From contig JBAXND010000007.1 in the NCBI GenBank assembly GCA_037133915.1, positions 4,085-68,084 on the forward strand: a stretch of DNA of 64,000 bases, in the 5' to 3' direction. Made by a program: the position numbers and the translations under genes. The DNA comes from Bacteroidota bacterium (GTDB lineage Bacteria; Bacteroidota; Bacteroidia; Bacteroidales; CAIWKO01). Of this stretch, positions 56,852 to 64,000 are shown in pieces (positions within the stretch are counted from its first letter, which is position 1; every line of letters begins with the position of its first letter). The notes under the pieces are model-generated. The model was given only the letters and a program-made list of their open reading frames with translations, had not been told where the DNA came from and ran no database searches.

Positions 56852-57661
56852 TTATTCAACAACAATCTTATGACTAAGGTTTTCGCTGCCATTATTCACA
56901 ACGAGATAATATGTTCCTTGGCTAAGGTTGCTTGTATTCACATCAATTTTTTTAGAGTCAACGCCCGGATATGATTCTGTGATAACCAGTTTTCCATTCA
57001 TATCATACATTGAGATGTTGATATCCACTGTTTTTGGTGAATTCACGTTTACGTAAACATGTTCAGTAGCAGGATTCGGATAAACTTCAATGCCTTCGAG
57101 CAAATGATTTTCAACAAGGCCTGAACCTGATGCAGTGTGTAAGCTGATGTCATCAATTAAAACATTGGTTGATTCGCCGCTGGTGAAACTGGCATAGAAT
57201 ACCAATGAATCACTTGTTCCCAGGTACGGGGTCATGGACACATCAATTTTAGTATAGGTACCATATAAGGTAGTATCAGCATTGGTTGCCTGAAAAAGCT
57301 TGTGAGTACCATACCATACTTCAAAAGTATCAAGAGCAGCAGTAGCTCCGATGGGAATCATGAGATAGAAACTTAAATTAGCAACTGTACCGGAAGGAAT
57401 GGTAACCAGCTGTGATAATTCGCCTTCTTCAACAGCGGCAACGCCACCGAACCAAGCATACCAAGAGCCGCTGTGAGGAGCACAGGGACCGCCACAGTTA
57501 CCGCAATTCGCATCGCAAAGAGGTGTACCGAAATTTGTTGAATATTCGTGCCATGCAGTGCTGGGTGAGCCCACTTCAAAACTTGAGTCAGCAACGATGT
57601 TCTGAGCATTAGCAGCAACTGCAAATAATGCAGCAATAATAAAAAGAGTAATTTTTCTCAT
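56852..57661 (-). CDS. Secreted protein with T9SS C-terminal sorting domain
   Basis: Signal peptide MRKITLFIIAALFAVAANAQ. Cys-rich patch CDANCGNCGGPCAPHSGSWYAWFGG. C-terminal IEVYPNPATEHVYVNVNS ... GTYYLVVNNGSENLSHKIVVE is a T9SS CTD pattern. Confidence 0.7.
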   Translation of the reverse strand: MRKITLFIIAALFAVAANAQNIVADSSFEVGSPSTAWHEYSTNFGTPLCDANCGNCGGPCAPHSGSWYAWFGGVAAVEEGELSQLVTIPSGTVANLSFYLMIPIGATAALDTFEVWYGTHKLFQATNADTTLYGTYTKIDVSMTPYLGTSDSLVFYASFTSGESTNVLIDDISLHTASGSGLVENHLLEGIEVYPNPATEHVYVNVNSPKTVDINISMYDMNGKLVITESYPGVDSKKIDVNTSNLSQGTYYLVVNNGSENLSHKIVVE

Positions 57662-57732
57662 ACAGTAATAGGTTTTAGGTTTTAGGCTGTAAAAGTACTG
57701 TTTTTTATAAATACAGTCAGCTATTTTAATAT

Positions 57733-57766
57733 AAAAAAAAGGCCGGGAAAGCCCGACCTTTTTTTA
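57733..57766 (-). terminator. Rho-independent terminator
   Basis: The minus strand reads ggtcggg cttt cccggcc followed by tttttttt. It lies 16 nt after the stop of the 1088-aa gene. Confidence 0.6.
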
Positions 57767-57781
57767 TTCAGATTCACGATT

Positions 57782-60700
57782 TTAGTTAACCATGAATTTG
57801 GAAATCATTCTTCCGTTTTCGGTTTCACATTTTATAAAATATAAACCGGAATTAAATTCAGAAGTATTGAGGATGTAATTTCTGGAATCCATAGCACCAT
57901 CAAAAACAACAGCACCAAGAGCATTGGTAACAGTTATTCTGCGGATATTTTCGCCAGCGGTTACATTCAGAATATCCTTAGCAGGATTCGGGAAGATATT
58001 GATTGCAGGAGCAGCATTTTCGCTGATATCCGACAAGTCAACAGTAAGGTTGATATCGTCTACGGAAAGTATCCACTCGTCAGCGGCGCTGGTGCAATGG
58101 AAACCAACATAATAAACACCATCAGAAGGAACTGTGAATGTAGAAACCGACTCGGTGTATGTTATCGCAGTAATACTGGGAACACTAACAATAGCTGTTG
58201 ACATTGCAGCAGGATCCTGAGTAGTTCCGAATTTCACTTCAACACTTTCGGGGAAACTAGCTGATTGTGCTTTGTAGAAGAATGAAAGCTTATAGGTTTT
58301 TCCGGCTTCAAAATCGATGCAGGAAGAAATGAACCAATCGTTTGCAGCGGCTGCTGAGTTGTATGAATACTGCAGGCAATACGGGCCGGTGTTACCACCT
58401 GTTGTAGCAAGACCCCATGTATAACCATCATTGTTCACGTCAAAAATATTGGCACCGGTAAGGTCTTCGCCGGGTTCAAAACCAACTGAATAAGGAATTG
58501 ATTTCGGGGTAATATTAGAAACGGTTAATGTAGCAGTATCATCTATAGCAATGGTATCGCCGGTAAGGCTTGTATAAGCAACAATGTTATGGTTACCCAA
58601 TGCAGAGAAATCGCCCGGTGTTGCAAAAGTAATTGTCTGAGTTGCGCCCGGAGCAATAGCAGTAGTAACAGTAAATGTAACTGCAGTGCCACCGTCAAGT
58701 TCGTAAGCAACATCAAAGTTATTTGCTGTATCAGCGCCGAAATTCATAACAACGGCTTCAACAGTTTCGCTTCCAAGGCTACAGCTGCTTGTAGGTGCGG
58801 TAATAGATAAAACACCAACATTCTGTGAAGGAAGAACAGGTGAATACGGAATAGCAAGAGCAACAATCTCGGCTTTATTCAAAAACGGACCGATAAGTGT
58901 GTTGGTGCCATCGTTTACATCAACGATTCTCATTTCGCCCTGCTGTGTAGTATTGTTATATGCAGCCATATACAGAACGTTGTTGTTGCGATCGAAATCC
59001 ATACCCTGAATAAAATTGGCATCAAAACCAATAGCACCAATTTCAGTAGCGGCAGCGGTTGCTTTGTCGATGGAGTAAAGTTTGTCATCTGTAACATTCA
59101 CGGCAAACAAATTGCCAGCGGCATCACAGGCCAGATTGATAAAAACTCCGGCGGCACTTGTTCCAACAAGAGTAACAGCACCGGTTGCAAGGTTTACTGT
59201 ATAAAGCTGTGCATTTACATTATCAGTACCTACACCATACATTTTATTGGTGGTGAAGTCATAGGCCATTCCAAGAATAGCTGCTCCCATGTTGCCAATA
59301 ACAGTGCGCGCACCGGTAAGGGTATCAATGGTAATAAAAGTGTTGTCTGTTGCAACGGCACCATACCATTTATTATAAGGTCCCCATGTGCCGCCATAAA
59401 GATAATTTTGTGCTGACTGGTCGGCGAGGATGTTTACAGTACCCGGAGCCTGAAGATACGTAACGGCAGGTCCCATAACGGAGGTAATGGGATCGTAAGC
59501 AACATAACAGAAAGCTTTGATAAGGTTCTGAACACTTATGGGCTGTGATAATGTGTCGTTGGCGGGAACTGAATCCTGTGCCAGTACAGCTTCGATGCTG
59601 ATGGTATAGTTGCCAAGAGCAGCTGTCCATGAATCGAAGGTAACCTGCTGTGAAGCGCCCGGTGCCAGATTGACAACCTGCTTGGTTGATGTATAACCAC
59701 CGGTGATATTCATGGTAACATCAAATGAAGTGGCAAGTGTACCGTTATTTGTAAATGTTGCAAGTGGAGCAACCGGACCAACGCCAACAACAGGAGGCAT
59801 ATCAATAGAAGTTGCTTCTACATCCCAAATATTTTTAACAGTAGCAAAAATAGTATCATTCACATAATTTGAATCACCTGCCATTGCAGTATAAAGCATA
59901 AAATCATAAACATGACCCGGCATTGAAAGGTCGGCGGTTGTAGTGAATGTGTAAATATAATCAGCACCACCGTCAACAGAGTCGGAGATTGTTTCGGTAA
60001 CCGGAGTTCCGCCATCAATAACATAGCTTACAGGTACACAACATCTTCTCAGCGTATCAAAATTATGAATTTTAATTTTTACAGAATCAGCATTGGTAAG
60101 GCTGTCGCTGCTCAAAGGGTGAATAAGCTGAGTCATACCAAAATCATAAGGATGATATGTAGTTGAAGCAAGTTCCAGACCCCAGATTGAGAGATTCTGA
60201 ACAACGCCGATTAACGATGAAGTGCCCTGAACAACATTGTTTGCAATGCATAATCCGCCGGCAATATCGCTGCCCAGTGTGATACCGGTGATAAGCGGAG
60301 CTACATCGAAGGTAGTACCGGTTGGTGTGCCTGTTGCGAGATCAATTTGTGCCAGTGTATTTGCATTTGCACCGCCTTGTTCGAGCAGCCAGAGGTAAGG
60401 ACCACCCGGAGTGTATGTATCAACGGCTGAGCCATAAACATTCGTCTGTGCATGTGTAGCAGCAAGAATAGTACTGGTAATAGTACCGGTTTTGCTCACC
60501 AGCCAGATATCGGTTGCCCAGTTACCGCAATAGAAACCATCGCTGATAGGATCATAAGCGATGTGACGGCACTGAACTGCAGCAGGAGCTGTAATGGTTG
60601 AAACCAGCGTATGCGCAGTAAAATTCATCTGATAGATGGCATTGGTTGTTGCAGAGCCATAGAAATACTGACCGTCATAAGCAAGGTCACGAACACCGGT

Positions 60701-61048
60701 TACACCGGCAATGCTGAAACTATCGACCAGTGCACCAGACATATCGAATCTGTAGAACTGGTTACCGCTCCATTTGGTAACATAAAAATACTGACCATCG
60801 GTTTCAATACCAGCAGTACCGACCGGGCCTGCAATGTTATACTGAAACTGAAGATCAAACAATGCTTTCATGCCACCGGGTGTTGCAAAATTGCCCATTG
60901 TTGGCGACATATCAACAATTTTCTGTGTCATATGAGCAGTGCCCAACGACGCATTTACGTTCTTTACTTTTGTGCCCTGCGCAAACCCAAGAGAGGTAAT
61001 AAGCGCACCAACCAGACACAATTGTACTAATTTGGTAATGATTTTCAT
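57782..61048 (-). CDS. Large multidomain secreted protein with T9SS C-terminal sorting domain
   Basis: Start set to MKIITKLVQLCLVGALITSLGFAQG (ATG at complement of 61046-61048). Two beta-propeller-like repeat regions, CARDB-like Ig modules, a lectin/MAM-like segment (NDGYTWGLATTGGNTGPYCLQYSYNSAAAANDWFIS) and the CTD INIFPNPAKDILNV ... GLYFIKCETENGRMISKFMVN. Confidence 0.7.
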   Translation of the reverse strand: MKIITKLVQLCLVGALITSLGFAQGTKVKNVNASLGTAHMTQKIVDMSPTMGNFATPGGMKALFDLQFQYNIAGPVGTAGIETDGQYFYVTKWSGNQFYRFDMSGALVDSFSIAGVTGVRDLAYDGQYFYGSATTNAIYQMNFTAHTLVSTITAPAAVQCRHIAYDPISDGFYCGNWATDIWLVSKTGTITSTILAATHAQTNVYGSAVDTYTPGGPYLWLLEQGGANANTLAQIDLATGTPTGTTFDVAPLITGITLGSDIAGGLCIANNVVQGTSSLIGVVQNLSIWGLELASTTYHPYDFGMTQLIHPLSSDSLTNADSVKIKIHNFDTLRRCCVPVSYVIDGGTPVTETISDSVDGGADYIYTFTTTADLSMPGHVYDFMLYTAMAGDSNYVNDTIFATVKNIWDVEATSIDMPPVVGVGPVAPLATFTNNGTLATSFDVTMNITGGYTSTKQVVNLAPGASQQVTFDSWTAALGNYTISIEAVLAQDSVPANDTLSQPISVQNLIKAFCYVAYDPITSVMGPAVTYLQAPGTVNILADQSAQNYLYGGTWGPYNKWYGAVATDNTFITIDTLTGARTVIGNMGAAILGMAYDFTTNKMYGVGTDNVNAQLYTVNLATGAVTLVGTSAAGVFINLACDAAGNLFAVNVTDDKLYSIDKATAAATEIGAIGFDANFIQGMDFDRNNNVLYMAAYNNTTQQGEMRIVDVNDGTNTLIGPFLNKAEIVALAIPYSPVLPSQNVGVLSITAPTSSCSLGSETVEAVVMNFGADTANNFDVAYELDGGTAVTFTVTTAIAPGATQTITFATPGDFSALGNHNIVAYTSLTGDTIAIDDTATLTVSNITPKSIPYSVGFEPGEDLTGANIFDVNNDGYTWGLATTGGNTGPYCLQYSYNSAAAANDWFISSCIDFEAGKTYKLSFFYKAQSASFPESVEVKFGTTQDPAAMSTAIVSVPSITAITYTESVSTFTVPSDGVYYVGFHCTSAADEWILSVDDINLTVDLSDISENAAPAINIFPNPAKDILNVTAGENIRRITVTNALGAVVFDGAMDSRNYILNTSEFNSGLYFIKCETENGRMISKFMVN

Positions 61049-61087
61049 GATTTTAGGTTTTATGGATACTAATTGTCTTCTCAGAGG

Positions 61088-61095
61088 CAAATTTA
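61088..61095 (-). promoter_or_regulatory. Candidate -7 box (TAaaTTTG on minus strand) for the large T9SS cargo gene
   Basis: The plus strand reads CAAATTTA, 39 nt upstream of the ATG at 61048. Confidence 0.35.
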
Positions 61096-61212
61096 CTACT
61101 ATTTAACATAAATAAAAGTATAATTAGGTATAAATTACTTTTTATTGCCGAACAGAAGAATACAAGGGCTTGACATAAAAAATCAACTGCTAAAATGCAT
61201 TTAAAATATGAT

Positions 61213-61220
61213 TAACTTTG
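61213..61220 (+). promoter_or_regulatory. Candidate -7 promoter box TAacTTTG
   Basis: Matches TAnnTTTG, 17 nt upstream of the ATG at 61237. Confidence 0.35.
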
Positions 61221-61236
61221 CAGCGTTTATGAAGTA

Positions 61237-62121
61237 ATGCGTATGAGCGATAAAAAGGAGAATATAATTTCAGACAGTGGAGCCAATGCTACTGAAAAAT
61301 TCATAGATATCGATGAAATTATAAGGAGTAAGAATCCGCGTCTGGCAAAATTTCTTCCGCGTTTTATAGTCAATTATATCAAGCGGATTATCTGTCAGGA
61401 TTTCATCAATGATTTTATTGACCGTAACAAGACCAAGGTAGGATTAGATTTTGTGGAAGCCATTGTTCAGGAATTCACGAAGGAAGTGAAAGTTATCGGT
61501 CGCGAAAATATTCCGGCTGAGGGCCGTGGCATCATTGTTTCAAATCATCCGCTTGGCGGACTTGATGGAATTGCATTATTGCATGAAGCGGGCAAAGTAC
61601 GTAAAGAAATTGTGTTTCCGGTGAATGATATATTAATGAATCTGAAGAACCTTGCTCCTCTTTTCATCCCTATCAATAAACACGGCAGCAATTCAGAAAA
61701 TATCCGCATCATTGAAGATACTTTTGCATCAGACAAGATGATGGTTTATTTTCCTGCCGGACTTGTTTCGCGCAAGCAAAAAGGTGTTATTAAAGATCTT
61801 GACTGGAAAAAAACCGTGATTGCCAAAGCACGAAAACACAAACGCGATATTATTCCGGCACTTATTGACGGACAAAATTCATCCTTCTTTTACAATTTTG
61901 CGAACTTCAGGAAAAAAAGCGGCATCAAGCAAAATATTGAAATGATTTATTTGCCGGGCGAAATGATGAAACAAAAAATAAAGTCCGTAAACATCATTTT
62001 TGGCAAACCTGTTCCATGGACATTATTCGACAAACGTTTCAATGACACCGAATGGGCATCGAAACTTAAAGATTACGTTTACTCATTGCGCGAAAATCCA
62101 ACATCTCAATTTCCATACTAA
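61237..62121 (+). CDS. Lysophospholipid/1-acylglycerol-3-phosphate-type O-acyltransferase (GlsA/OlsA-like)
   Basis: GIIVSNHPLGGLDGIALL is an acyltransferase His/Asp box, and MMVYFPAGLVSRK is the acyl-acceptor block. It is paired with an N-acyltransferase gene. Confidence 0.65.
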   Translation: MRMSDKKENIISDSGANATEKFIDIDEIIRSKNPRLAKFLPRFIVNYIKRIICQDFINDFIDRNKTKVGLDFVEAIVQEFTKEVKVIGRENIPAEGRGIIVSNHPLGGLDGIALLHEAGKVRKEIVFPVNDILMNLKNLAPLFIPINKHGSNSENIRIIEDTFASDKMMVYFPAGLVSRKQKGVIKDLDWKKTVIAKARKHKRDIIPALIDGQNSSFFYNFANFRKKSGIKQNIEMIYLPGEMMKQKIKSVNIIFGKPVPWTLFDKRFNDTEWASKLKDYVYSLRENPTSQFPY

Positions 62122-62133
62122 AAACTACTGAAC

Positions 62134-63075
62134 ATGGAAAATATTATCCCGCCGGTTGACAAGGCGCTTTTGGAAAAAGAATTAAACGATTCAAGGTTTG
62201 TGCGCCGCACCAATAAAGGGCATAACGAAATTTATATTGTTACCCATCATAATTCGCCCAATGTGATGCGCGAAATAGCGCGCTTGCGCGAAGTTACCTT
62301 TCGCAGAGCCGGTGGTGGCACGGGCAAATCAATGGATATCGACCATTTTGACACCCGCGAAAACCCGAGCAAACAACTTATTGTATGGGAGCCGCGCAAT
62401 CTTGAAATTATTGGCGGATACCGTTTCACCAATGTTGGGCAGGCACCCAAATTACCCGATGGTTCACCTGATTGCGCCACATCAAAACTCTTTCGCCTCA
62501 GCGAACGCTTTACCCGCGATTTTGCGCCTTACACTATTGAATTAGGTCGTTCATTTGTGCAGCCCGATTATCAGCCCATGGTAAATGGCCGCAAAGGACT
62601 TTTTTCTCTGGATAATCTTTGGGACGGCCTCGGGGCGCTGATTGTAGAGAACCCGGAAATCAAGTACTTTTTTGGTAAGATGACCATGTATCCTCATTTT
62701 AACAGACAGGCGCGTGACATCATCCTTTACTTTCTGTATAAATATTTTCCGGATAAGGATAATCTGGGCACTCCCATCAGAGCCGTGGAAATGGAAACGG
62801 ATATGGAGAAACTGGAAAAGATATTCAACGGCGGAAACTACGGAGCTGATTATAAGCTGCTCATTCATACCCTGCGTGAGTACAATGAAGCGATACCGCC
62901 ATTGATAAATGCTTACATGAATTTAACCGCCACCATGCGGATATTTGGAACAGCGATTAACGATGGTTTTGGGCTTGTAGAAGAAACAGGATTGCTTGTT
63001 ACAATTGGCGATATTTATGAAACCAAAAAAGAACGTCATCTGGTTACTTACCAAAAAGATTCAACACGAGAATAG
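62134..63075 (+). CDS. GNAT-fold N-acyl amino acid synthase (OlsB/GlsB/hemolysin-like)
   Basis: REIARLREVTFRRAGGGTGKSMDIDHFD and LGRSFVQPDYQ resemble the OlsB-type N-acyltransferase family. It lies 12 nt downstream of the O-acyltransferase. Confidence 0.65.
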   Translation: MENIIPPVDKALLEKELNDSRFVRRTNKGHNEIYIVTHHNSPNVMREIARLREVTFRRAGGGTGKSMDIDHFDTRENPSKQLIVWEPRNLEIIGGYRFTNVGQAPKLPDGSPDCATSKLFRLSERFTRDFAPYTIELGRSFVQPDYQPMVNGRKGLFSLDNLWDGLGALIVENPEIKYFFGKMTMYPHFNRQARDIILYFLYKYFPDKDNLGTPIRAVEMETDMEKLEKIFNGGNYGADYKLLIHTLREYNEAIPPLINAYMNLTATMRIFGTAINDGFGLVEETGLLVTIGDIYETKKERHLVTYQKDSTRE

Positions 63076-63127
63076 CCGGTAACCGGAGCGTTCCAATATT
63101 TATGCTACTAATACGACAGGATATTTT

Positions 63128-63730
63128 ATGAACATCAGAACAGCAAAGTATATTTTAAGCAGTACGGATTTCAAAAAATGTCCGCCACCCAAACTTCCGG
63201 AATATGCCTTTATAGGGCGAAGCAACGTAGGTAAATCGTCGCTGATAAATATGCTCACCAATGTAAAAGGTCTTGCAAAAACATCAGGAACGCCGGGAAA
63301 AACGCAGCTTATCAACCATTTCATCATCAACGACGAGTGGTATCTGGTTGACCTTCCGGGCATCGGTTATGCAAAGAAATCGAAAAAGCTCAGCAGTGGA
63401 TGGAGCCAGATGATTACCGACTATCTGGGATTAAGACCGAGCCTTGTATGTACTTTTTATCTGGTTGACTGCCGCATCGAGCCGCAGGAAATAGACCTTT
63501 CATTTATAGAATGGCTGGGTGAGAATCAGGTACCGTTTGTAATTGTTTTTACGAAAGCAGATAAATTAAAACCACTCGAACTAAGCCGTAAAATAACAAC
63601 TTATAAAACCAGACTGCTTACCGAATGGGAAGAACTTCCGCCTATTTTTGTTTCTTCTGCCACCGAGAAAAAGGCAAAAGAAGATATCCTGAAATATATT
63701 GAGGATACAAATCAACTTTTCAGACAATAA
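63128..63730 (+). CDS. engB: Ribosome-biogenesis GTPase EngB/YihA
   Basis: EYAFIGRSNVGKSSLIN (G1), LVDLPGIGYA (G3) and FTKADK (G4). 200 aa. Confidence 0.88.
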   Translation: MNIRTAKYILSSTDFKKCPPPKLPEYAFIGRSNVGKSSLINMLTNVKGLAKTSGTPGKTQLINHFIINDEWYLVDLPGIGYAKKSKKLSSGWSQMITDYLGLRPSLVCTFYLVDCRIEPQEIDLSFIEWLGENQVPFVIVFTKADKLKPLELSRKITTYKTRLLTEWEELPPIFVSSATEKKAKEDILKYIEDTNQLFRQ

Positions 63731-64000
63731 TAAACCGCTGCATTCCAATCGAATCGGGATTCCCGAAAAGCAGTTTATTGCCGTATAGGTAAATAAACCT
63801 GCAATTATTTTGTAATTTTACATATTATTTATATTTTTGCGTTGAATGGTCAGAGACAAACGTTTTCTGACCACGAACGCTATTTTTATACTATTATATT
63901 TCAGCGACTTACATTCAACAAAATGTATAGTATAGTTACAGCGTAAATAGCGTATCCATTAATTTATTATTTAAAACAATGTGTTTACCTCCCAAATCAA

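Noticed and set aside
63731-64000. AT-rich 270-nt tail of the window with a 7-bp hairpin (ggtcaga...tctgacc, 63848-63872), checked for a tRNA, terminator or small RNA.
   Set aside because: No tRNA-like T-arm or acceptor features and no U-tract after the hairpin. It is probably the promoter or leader region of a gene beyond the window edge, which cannot be evaluated without flanking sequence.
1-64000. Scan for mobile elements, defence systems (restriction-modification, CRISPR-Cas, toxin-antitoxin, retrons, abortive infection), prophage genes, rRNA and tRNA.
   Set aside because: None of the translated ORFs shows transposase, integrase, recombinase, Cas, reverse transcriptase, restriction endonuclease or toxin motifs that I can recognise. 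The two methyltransferases look like RNA or small-molecule enzymes without partner nucleases. No repeat-spacer arrays or tRNA-like sequences were seen.

Overview
This 64-kb chromosomal segment reads as a Bacteroidota genome. It carries type IX secretion (T9SS) and gliding genes: porV, two tandem porU-like C25 peptidases, a porP/sprF-like gene and a gldJ-like gene. Two secreted proteins end in T9SS C-terminal sorting domains. Many genes have the Bacteroidota -7 promoter box TAnnTTTG 15-35 nt upstream of the start codon rather than a Shine-Dalgarno site. I call 47 tightly packed protein genes on both strands. I recognised no rRNA, tRNA, CRISPR array, transposase, integrase, phage or obvious defence genes. 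Most of the window is ordinary housekeeping: mscL, ispF, murF, anmK, kup, exbB/exbD/tonB, folC, upp, engB, comEC, an ABC-F ATPase and a SpoIID-like protein. Items worth a second look, most interesting first: (1) a minus-strand operon at the left edge combining DsrE-like and TusA-like sulfur carriers with an MvhD-like protein and a 915-aa HdrA protein carrying an inserted GltD-type NAD(P)H module, facing a divergent Crp/Fnr regulator across a perfect TGTGA-N6-TCACA palindrome; (2) two tandem PorU-like T9SS sortase paralogues, both with the catalytic His/Cys context intact; (3) a 1596-aa single-chain tandem UvrA with four ATPase modules; (4) a 658-bp gene-free gap between convergent genes holding a 76-nt three-helix stem-loop and a perfect 14-bp hairpin, a candidate unannotated RNA. 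I do not see a clear-cut novel multi-gene system such as a defence island. The Hdr/TusA/DsrE cluster is the best candidate for uncharacterised biology. All functional calls rest on motif recognition in the supplied translations, not on database searches.
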